IMG/VR virus record: IMGVR_UViG_2931642416_000001
Span: 8,874 to 72,873 of that record
Reading direction: 5' to 3' (one strand)
Origin: a virus
Taxonomy: Duplodnaviria > Caudoviricetes
DNA: 64,000 bases
Made by a program: the position numbers and the translations under genes. Under the pieces are notes generated by a model, which was not told the DNA's origin, made no database searches, and worked only from the letters and a program-made list of their open reading frames with translations. Of this stretch, positions 57,273 through 64,000 are shown in pieces. The first letter of the stretch is position 1, and the number at the start of each line of letters is the position of its first letter.

Positions 57273-58699
57273 GCCATGCTCCGCCTCGGGTCGGCCTTAC
57301 GTCGCTGACGCCACGGCAGCTCGGCAACCCACTCCTTGCGTTTACGGGAGGCGTGGGCGGGATCGACGTCCGCATGGGTGGCGAGATCCTTGACAGTGGG
57401 GTAGCGGTCTTCGGCGACTTCGCTCTCCCAGAAGTCACGCATGACCTGCGTCTTGGATGCGTCCCGAGGGTCTTCGTTGACTCCGTTGTTGACGCCGCCG
57501 CCGATCAATTCCGGGGTCAACAGCGGGGTCATGTACGGGTCGGCCGCAAGTAGCTGCGCAAGGTCGTACGAGGCGTTGTCGTTGACGTCGAACTTGAGTC
57601 CCCCGTTGACCGATTCGACGGTCAACGGGGAGGTCATCGGGAAGGTCAACTTACCCGCCTCTCGGGAGGGCGGAACGGCACCGTTGTTGACCTTGCCGTT
57701 GATCCCAGAATTGACCTGCGCCGAGGTTACGTCGAAGGTCACACGCTCGGTCAACGCCATCAGCGTCACCGCCGCCTTGTCGAGCGCGCGCTGGGTAGCC
57801 TCCGCCGAATCGAACCGCTGCTCCTGTTCGATCGCGGCGATGGCCTCGGCGCGCTTCTCCTGCGTGACGGGGTCGGCCCAGCGGGCGATCCGCTGACGGG
57901 CGACGAGGGCGTCAACGCTGCGCAGGGTGTCGATCTGGTCGAGCAGCGCCTGCTGAGCCGTCTCGTCGGAGGCGAGGCCGGCGTGCTCGACTGCCTGCGC
58001 GACCCTCTTGCGGAACAGGCCGAGCGCCTTGCGCCGCTTGCTGGGCTTGGCGTGCTGCTGGTCGTCCACCCGCAGGACGGCGAGCGCTGCTCGGCTGATG
58101 CGCCGCTGACGGTCGACGTCGCCCGCGGTCCTGTCGGTTGCCTCCGCTAGGCCGAGCCGCACTAGGACGCGTTCGGGGGTGAGCCGCCAGTTGATGCGGC
58201 CGGTGCCGCGGATGCGGTGGCGTTCGATGGCCATGCCGCGCTCCCAGAGCCAGGCGGCGACCAGCGGGGCGGCCAGGCGGAAGACGGCCTCGGGGAGGCT
58301 GCGGGCGTCCATGCTGGACAGGACGGCGGTCAGGCAGGTCAGCGCCCACACCGCGATGCCGTCGATGCCGGCGGAGAAGTTGGCGCGCATGTTGCGGCGG
58401 GCGCGTACGGCACTCGTGATGATCGCGACTTCGATGAAGGCGAACAGCAGCAGCCGCAGCGGCCCGTCGAGGCCCAGCACGTCCCCTGAGAAGCGCCACA
58501 TGCCCTGCGCGGACACGCCCGTCGCGATGGACGCGGCCACGACCGTCAGCAGCTCCTCGATCGGCTTGCCGGAGAGGAGACGCCGGCCCTGCGCCATGAG
58601 GCCGCGCAGGAGGAAGACGGACAGGACGAGCCCGAGAATCCCGGCGATCCATGGGACGTACCACGGGACAGGTCCCGTTAATTCAAGTAGGTTCTGCAT
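57269..58699 (-). CDS. SpdB/KilB-like multi-TM protein with C-terminal HTH
   Basis: Four to five N-terminal TMs, coiled region, C-terminal PTVKDLA..ADVD..HASR. Confidence 0.7.
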   Translation of the reverse strand: MQNLLELTGPVPWYVPWIAGILGLVLSVFLLRGLMAQGRRLLSGKPIEELLTVVAASIATGVSAQGMWRFSGDVLGLDGPLRLLLFAFIEVAIITSAVRARRNMRANFSAGIDGIAVWALTCLTAVLSSMDARSLPEAVFRLAAPLVAAWLWERGMAIERHRIRGTGRINWRLTPERVLVRLGLAEATDRTAGDVDRQRRISRAALAVLRVDDQQHAKPSKRRKALGLFRKRVAQAVEHAGLASDETAQQALLDQIDTLRSVDALVARQRIARWADPVTQEKRAEAIAAIEQEQRFDSAEATQRALDKAAVTLMALTERVTFDVTSAQVNSGINGKVNNGAVPPSREAGKLTFPMTSPLTVESVNGGLKFDVNDNASYDLAQLLAADPYMTPLLTPELIGGGVNNGVNEDPRDASKTQVMRDFWESEVAEDRYPTVKDLATHADVDPAHASRKRKEWVAELPWRQRRKADPRRSMA

Positions 58700-58934
58700 C
58701 GATCGGTCCTCTCGGTGATGCGGGAGTCCGGTTGCAGGGCCTCTCGCTCGGGTTGCAGCCTGAGCGGGAGGTCCTTATTCGTTTGTGGAGGTTGGTGGCC
58801 GTCCCTGGGGAGGTCCCGGCCCGCAGCGAGCGCCACGACTGGTGGAAGTCGGGCGGCGCGAGCCCTCCCTCAGGGGCGGCGTCTGCACCCCTGCCCTGGC
58901 CCCCTCCAGTACCAGGGCAGGGGTGGTCTAAGGG

Positions 58935-59258
58935 TCAGCGCCGAAGATGACGCAGATAGATGCCGTATGCCCTCTGCATCAGCGCGACGCGTAGATCACC
59001 TTCGGAGATGCGGCCCTTTGCCGCCGCCTTGGCGTAATCGCCGGTGATCGGCACGGGCCCCAACTGGTTCAGCATGTAGAGCAGAGTCACTGCAGCCAGC
59101 ACGTCGCAGTCCTCGGCGGGCCGCCACGGCTTCGTCTGATGGCCTCGCCGGCCAGCCTCGGTGAGCCACCAGCCGCCTTCGGCGTCGATCTCGAAGGAGT
59201 AGACGGCACCTTCGGGAGCGATGGCGGCGAACTCGTCGCGGAAGTCGCGGGGGATCAC
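58935..59258 (-). CDS. Hypothetical protein
   Basis: AAGGA RBS; coupled ORF. Confidence 0.55.
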   Translation of the reverse strand: MIPRDFRDEFAAIAPEGAVYSFEIDAEGGWWLTEAGRRGHQTKPWRPAEDCDVLAAVTLLYMLNQLGPVPITGDYAKAAAKGRISEGDLRVALMQRAYGIYLRHLRR

Positions 59259-59404
59259 GGCTTGTCCTTCGGTTCCGGAATGACCTGCTTGACCAGGTGG
59301 CCGGCTGCGCGCTTGCGGCAGGCAGTCCCAGTGGGGCCTTCCCAGTCGCCGTCGGCGTTCTCTTCGACGGTGTCGCCGCACGCCAGGCAGAAGAGGAAAC
59401 CCAT
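59255..59404 (-). CDS. Small Zn-ribbon protein
   Basis: GGAGG RBS; CLACG...C...H. Confidence 0.5.
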   Translation of the reverse strand: MGFLFCLACGDTVEENADGDWEGPTGTACRKRAAGHLVKQVIPEPKDKP

Positions 59405-59628
59405 CACGCGCCTCCCGTCTGTCTGCACGGGGCGATGCTGCGACGCAGCCGGGCGGCGGTGAGGCGGCGCCACTGCCTGAACAGCAGCAGCTCGTCCTCG
59501 GCGCGGGCACGCCGCAGAAAGCCGTCTGGGCATGGCGAGTCGTGGCGCACGTCTTCAGCGGGGGGAGGCCCGTCATCTCCGCTGGAGGTGACCGGGCTCT
59601 CCCGGCTAGGCAAGTCGGGGAGGGCCAT
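59404..59628 (-). CDS. Small hypothetical protein
   Basis: First ORF of the transfer operon, divergent from GntR. Confidence 0.4.
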   Translation of the reverse strand: MALPDLPSRESPVTSSGDDGPPPAEDVRHDSPCPDGFLRRARAEDELLLFRQWRRLTAARLRRSIAPCRQTGGA

Positions 59629-59759
59629 GGCACGACCATAGGCAGTTACTCATCAGTAGTCTAGGTAATAGTCTTCAAATCATCATCTGATGTCCTTAAG
59701 ATCCCTAAGTAGATTGAGCTAAATGAAGGACTGATGGTAGGCAGACCTACCGTCGAACC

Positions 59760-60173
59760 GTGATCGACTATGAGTCGGAGTTCCCCGTGTACCTGCAGGT
59801 GGCGAACCTGATACGCGCCCGTATTGAGGCGGGGGAGTGGCAACCCCGAAAGCGGCTGCCAACGGTCACTGACCTGGTGCACGAGTACGGCGTCGCCCGC
59901 AACACGATGATGCAGGCGATCGAGCACCTGCGAGACCTCGGCATCATCTACACGGTCCGGAACCGTGGATCGTTCGTCCGCCTCGGGTCGGATCTCGTCA
60001 CTGTCATCGAGCTGGGGCCTGGGGCTCGCAGCTTCTCGCGACTGGCGAACTCAGACGAGCGCGAGCGTCTGGAACTCGATGAAGACGGATGGGTCACCGT
60101 GATCGAATCAGGCGACGGGGCGATCGAGGTCTACCCGGCCGGCCTGGTCGAGATTCACGGCCCCCAGCAGTAG
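59760..60173 (+). CDS. GntR-family repressor (Kor/TraR-like)
   Basis: PVYLQVA..IRARI..GEW....LP...L..EYGVAR.T..A...L...G. Confidence 0.88.
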   Translation: MIDYESEFPVYLQVANLIRARIEAGEWQPRKRLPTVTDLVHEYGVARNTMMQAIEHLRDLGIIYTVRNRGSFVRLGSDLVTVIELGPGARSFSRLANSDERERLELDEDGWVTVIESGDGAIEVYPAGLVEIHGPQQ

Positions 60174-60232
60174 GAAGAACGAAGGCCGGTTCGCTCGCCT
60201 CGCGTCAGACCGGCCTGTGCCCTACTTCTCCT

Positions 60233-60526
60233 TCACGTTGCTCCGCCGAGCGTCTGTAGGACGCTAGCTGTGACCACGCGCTTGACTCCGCCCACCTCGA
60301 TCACTTGGGCAGGGAACTCGCCCCGCTTGATCAGCTCGTATGAGTAGCTGCGGCTGATCCCAAACGCGAGGCCGGCGGTGGGTGGGTCCACGGTGGCGGG
60401 CCACTGCTTGATCTCGTTCAAGGTGGGGACATCGGCTGGCGGCTTCTCGGCGAGAGATAGCGAAGGGTGCGCCTCCAGGAAATCTGCGAGAGCTCGAAGT
60501 GCTGAGATGATTACGTCTTGGCTCAC
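60233..60526 (-). CDS. Excisionase-like HTH protein
   Basis: PATVD..TAG.AFGISRS.SYELI.RGEFP..VI.VG..RV.TA.V. Confidence 0.75.
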   Translation of the reverse strand: MSQDVIISALRALADFLEAHPSLSLAEKPPADVPTLNEIKQWPATVDPPTAGLAFGISRSYSYELIKRGEFPAQVIEVGGVKRVVTASVLQTLGGAT

Positions 60527-60792
60527 AGGCCACCGCGGTTCTTGGCTGCCTTCGCTTTGCGCATCTTGAGCGTCATTGCCTCGTAGTAGGCCGTCCTGGC
60601 GTTCGTGGCGCGCTTCACTCTCTCGGCGTACGGCATCGTGGAGTCGGGATCCACGCGCTCAAGCCAGTAGTCCAGCGATGCGGGGGAGCGTCGCCGCATG
60701 TTGACGGTGGCGGCCAAACGGTCGGTCTCCTTCGCCCAGCGGGCGTTGGCCGCGATGCGGGCGATAGTTCGTCGTTCAGCGGGAGTGGGCAT
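60523..60792 (-). CDS. Conserved actinobacterial mobile-element protein
   Basis: ER...ARIAA..RWA...DR.AAT...VDPD...ER..RA..AR..Y. Confidence 0.7.
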   Translation of the reverse strand: MPTPAERRTIARIAANARWAKETDRLAATVNMRRRSPASLDYWLERVDPDSTMPYAERVKRATNARTAYYEAMTLKMRKAKAAKNRGGL

Positions 60793-60807
60793 GTACAGCC
60801 TCGGCTC

Positions 60808-61482
60808 TCACAAGTCGGCAGGCACCCAGAAGTAGCACTCCTCGCCGCTGGAGAACCCGCCATCTGTGGGAAGGATGGTGACAGTGATGTAGCCAGGTGC
60901 GTACGTCACCAGGTTGTTGGCGAGCGTCTCGCCGCCTTTGGAGACGCGCTCCCAGTAGCAGCCCTTCAGGCCCTTATCGAGGGTGCGGTAGCGGCCCGGC
61001 TTGATGCCTCTCTTGCCACCGACCTGGTGTTCGCCGTCGTCAAAGCCGCCCATGGCTTGCTTCCACGTCTTGATGTACTTGGGGCAGAAGTGCAGGACGG
61101 CGCTGCGCTCCACGGACCCGATCATGCTCTTGTAGGTGGCGATCCCTTCGACGTTGGGAGGATTTCCGCCCTGGTCGTCGTAGATCGTTTCTGAGCTGCC
61201 TTGGCCGCAGAAGTCGTGCCCGAAGCTGATCAGGTCTTCGTCGGTGGCGTCTTGGTAGCCTTCCGGGAGCTTCTTTCGGGCGTCCCTGATGAACGCCTTC
61301 TCCTTGCCGGTGAGCTGCCGGGTGGAAGTGGGTGTCTCGCTCGCGGCCCGTGTAGTGCTCTCCGTCGTCTCTGCGGGGAGGGAGGAAGCCGGCGTCGCGG
61401 CGGTGGGAGCTGCCGTGGTTGAAGTCGAGCAGGCAGTCAATGAGGCCGCGATCACGGCTATGCGGACCGTGCGTAAGCGCAT
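60808..61482 (-). CDS. Lipoprotein (DUF732-like + IKPG.Y domain)
   Basis: Lipobox LTAC; G..FC...A...CP; IKPGRY...CYWER. Confidence 0.8.
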   Translation of the reverse strand: MRLRTVRIAVIAASLTACSTSTTAAPTAATPASSLPAETTESTTRAASETPTSTRQLTGKEKAFIRDARKKLPEGYQDATDEDLISFGHDFCGQGSSETIYDDQGGNPPNVEGIATYKSMIGSVERSAVLHFCPKYIKTWKQAMGGFDDGEHQVGGKRGIKPGRYRTLDKGLKGCYWERVSKGGETLANNLVTYAPGYITVTILPTDGGFSSGEECYFWVPADL

Positions 61483-61725
61483 GGCGTGACTCCAGAGACG
61501 GAAGGTCCGGACGAAAGAAGACGCGCTGCCGCCGACTGTGGAGTACACAAGAGAGCGGCGGCGTGGGCCCGACAGCTCCGTGAGGAATCTGCTTCCACGC
61601 CGCCGCGTTCACCCCCTCTTACCCTCGTTTGTCATGGGCATGCCTAGACACGCCTAGGCATGTCTGGGGCTGTCTGGGCGGTTCCCGGCGGACTGGGGGC
61701 GTCCTGGGATCACTACCGTTCTTCC

Positions 61726-61980
61726 ATGATCAATTGGGAGCCTGATCCTGAGCGGCCTCGCTGGGTCCAGCTCATGGAGGTTCTCCGCACGCGGATCCTT
61801 GAAGGGGTCTACCAGCCGCGGACAAAGATCCCCAGCTTGACGCAGTTGACCCAGGAGTTCGGGGTTGGAATGAACACCGTGCGCCATGCAGTAACGGACC
61901 TGGAGGAGCAGGGGTACGTGCTGCCGGTGTCCTCGCTTGGCACGTTCGTTCGGCCGAAGGAAGGCTGGCCGAAGGTGTGA
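61726..61980 (+). CDS. GntR-family wHTH protein (second copy)
   Basis: PRWVQL..VLR.RI..G.Y....KIPS..QL.QEFGV..NTVR.A...L...G. Confidence 0.85.
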   Translation: MINWEPDPERPRWVQLMEVLRTRILEGVYQPRTKIPSLTQLTQEFGVGMNTVRHAVTDLEEQGYVLPVSSLGTFVRPKEGWPKV

Positions 61981-61981
61981 C

Positions 61982-62233
61982 CTATCCGGTTGTCTGCGCG
62001 ATCAGGAGTTGCTGGCATAGGACGGCAGACAGGGCGTCGAGGTCGGGCTGTAGGACGCAGTCATGCAGGCCGGCGGCGGCCTGTGCTGGCGTAGGGGGAG
62101 CGATGCGGACAGCCGTCCACATTTCATTCCGCCTGTGTCGAATGCGCCAGCCTGGATAGGTCTGCTCTATGAGGGCGAGCTTGTGATCTTCGGTGCTGTA
62201 TGTGGGTTCTGGGTGGGATGACGTCATTGTCAT
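61982..62233 (-). CDS. Small hypothetical protein
   Basis: YPGWRI...W.A.R motif; GGGGG RBS. Confidence 0.5.
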   Translation of the reverse strand: MTMTSSHPEPTYSTEDHKLALIEQTYPGWRIRHRRNEMWTAVRIAPPTPAQAAAGLHDCVLQPDLDALSAVLCQQLLIAQTTG

Positions 62234-62546
62234 TTGAAAGCTGCCCCCCTGGCCGCTTCTCGTTCCGGGTGTCCCGTCTTGCTCCCCCGTGTCGGGATCC
62301 GTTCATATTGCGTCATCTCTGGTTGATTCGGAAGGGTTCTTGAAGTCTCAACCATGACGGTCAAGTGACCGTCATGGTTACCTGCCATGTCTGGAGGGAT
62401 TGCAGGGAGTGCCCGAGCGGTGGGAGTGGAATGGGAGTGGATCTCCGCGTTTCGCGTTGACGTGAGTTGAGATCCGTTGAGGCCGAACTTGGGCCTGAGC
62501 TGGGGGAAGAGTGTTTCGGTGCTGGTTCGCTACGGCGGATCGCGTT

Positions 62547-62592
62547 GTTCACACCGAAGAGGTCACTGGTTCGATCCCAGTATCGCCCACCA
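62547..62592 (+). other. att core: 3' half of tRNA-Val(CAC), not an intact tRNA
   Basis: GTTCACACCGAAGAGGTCACTGGTTCGATCCCAGTATCGCCCACCA gives anticodon loop, T-arm and CCA; no matching 5' acceptor strand or D-arm upstream. Confidence 0.85.
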
Positions 62593-62593
62593 A

Positions 62594-62640
62594 GGTCAAG
62601 GGCCACATCCCAACATGGGAAGTGGCCCTTTTGATCTTTC
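62594..62640 (+). terminator. Hairpin terminator after the tRNA 3' end
   Basis: AAGGGCCAC.TCCCA..TGGGA.GTGGCCCTTTT. Confidence 0.7.
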
Positions 62641-62659
62641 CGGTGACCAGCTGAGTGAC

Positions 62660-63140
62660 TGTCCCGCTCGGGGGCGTCACCAGGGAAGATCCGATCCATG
62701 ACAGTCGCGCCGTCCTGGATGACGGGCTGGATCTGGTGCCGATAGACTTTCTTGGTGACTGCTGATCCGCTGGCATGTCCGATCAGCCGCGCGATGCTCT
62801 CGATGGGGACACCGTCTGCGGACAACAGTGACACGAAGCTGTGCCGCATCTCCCGAGGCGTCCAGTCGGCACCGACCAGACCGGCCCGCGTGATCACCCG
62901 GCGGAACTCGCGACGCACGTTGCCTGCGCTCATCATGGTGCCGTTCCGGGTGGCGAAGATCAGTCCCGCATCCTGACCATAGCCTGGGGCTGCGCCACGG
63001 ACGTTCAGATGATCCCAGAGCGCGACCAGGGCCCGAACGCGTCGACGGGGAAGCCGGAGCGTACGGCGCGACTTGGGAGCCTTGGTGTCCCCGCCGGCAC
63101 GCACCGACCGCCAGACATGGACGGCGAAGTCTTCGCGCTC
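62660..63140 (-). pseudogene. Tyrosine integrase C-terminal remnant
   Basis: K..KSRRTL.LP, REMRHSFVSLL, LIGH, T..VYRH; N-terminal domains missing. Confidence 0.85.
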
Positions 63141-63319
63141 CCAACCGTTCGAGCTGAGGCACACACCACTCAGGTTCCCTTCCTGGATCAAGGCAATGGG
63201 GCCGATCGTCACGCCGACCTCCAGTGAGGCCCGCGCATGCCTGCGAGTGCCCGGCTCGCTTGGGAGGCGTCCCCCCGTCACCTGCTGTCCTCTGGGAAGT
63301 GTCACGTGATCCGTCGTCA

Positions 63320-64000
63320 CCGTGTAGGCATTCCCGCCCTCATAGTCACAAGCGTCTGCCTCTCCGCGCTGGCCGCCGGTGATCTCGGGGTGTTGTGGTG
63401 CATGACGTTGTTCGCGGCACCGGACGCGAGCGTCCAGGTGACGCGGCCGAACGTGGTCCTGTTGATCCTGGCGGGACTGGTGGTGGCCTGGCGTTGTGGG
63501 AGTTCCTGCCCGGGCCGCTGGCGGAGCAGGACCGGGACGCAATGCGGTTGCGCGTAGTGCTGTACGTCGCGGCGGCGTCCGCCCTGGTCACCCCGTTCCT
63601 GACGGCCTGGTCTCCGTGGGTGGCGGTGGTGACGTTCGCGCCGATGCTCGGGGTCGTGCTCCTGCTCTCTCCAGCCCTGGGAGGCACCCGAAGACATGTC
63701 CTCATCCTGCGTGTCAGCGGCGCCCTGGGATGCGGGTGCGCCGCCGTCGGCTTGGGGTTGGCGTTGGCCGGGCACGCAGTCGGAGCGCTCGCATCGGTCG
63801 CCGACTTGGCGTCCTTGATCTGGAACGTGCTGGCCCCGCGGGCGCAGCGGGACGACAACCGCTTCCAGCGGGCCACTGTCAAGTACGGCATCCTCGCTCT
63901 GGTGCTGCCCGTCGTGCTCACGATGGCGGGCACGACGACGTCGTGGCGGTCGCCGGTCTCCTGGCCGTGGTCTGGCTGGCCCGTTCCGCCGACTTCATGA
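63320..64000 (+). pseudogene. Frameshifted multi-TM membrane protein (probably outside the prophage)
   Basis: Hydrophobic segments continue from ORF 63237 into ORF 63395 near 63490. Confidence 0.5.

Larger units (their letters stand above)
1..62592. mobile_element. Temperate siphovirus-like prophage (left end outside window), with cargo and AICE-like transfer module, integrated at tRNA-Val(CAC)
   Basis: Colinear replication, terminase, portal, capsid, tail, tape measure and lysis genes; ends at a duplicated tRNA 3' half at 62547-62592. Confidence 0.9.

Noticed and set aside
62516-62592. Intact tRNA-Val gene
   Set aside because: Upstream sequence cannot form the acceptor stem or D-arm; only the 3' half is present
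62361-63542. Full-length 393-aa integrase
   Set aside because: Only the middle ~160 aa resemble an integrase; the rest is antisense to a membrane gene or reads through the att

Overview
High-GC actinomycete (mycelial-type) DNA. Bases 1 to ~62,592 are the right-hand ~62.6 kb of a temperate siphovirus-like prophage. Its integrase and immunity module are not visible and probably lie left of the window. In order, the window holds: early genes with WhiB; a replication initiator with internal iterons and a DnaB-like helicase; many small hypothetical genes; terminase, portal, MuF, protease, capsid, tail and lysis genes; cargo (radical SAM + NMP kinase + NUDIX-ASCH operon under an XRE-TPR regulator, TA-like genes); and an AICE-type transfer module (TraB/FtsK, Spd-like, GntR/Kor, Xis-like). 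The element ends at a 46-bp copy of the 3' half of tRNA-Val(CAC), the att site, followed by a decayed tyrosine integrase. The most notable locus is at 2.8-4.4 kb: a stand-alone Cas7/RAMP-like gene followed immediately by a non-CRISPR, non-coding array of ~11 YGAC-delimited units built of 5-nt NN-NCC modules (GGN-NN on the minus strand) and closed by a perfect hairpin. This is a candidate phage RNA-guided (VIPR-like) system. Other highlights are a MuF-kinase polymorphic toxin with a candidate immunity gene, a possible prophage-conjugation hybrid, and 12/105-bp phased DNA repeat arrays hidden inside coding regions. All product calls come from visual motif recognition; no database searches were run.
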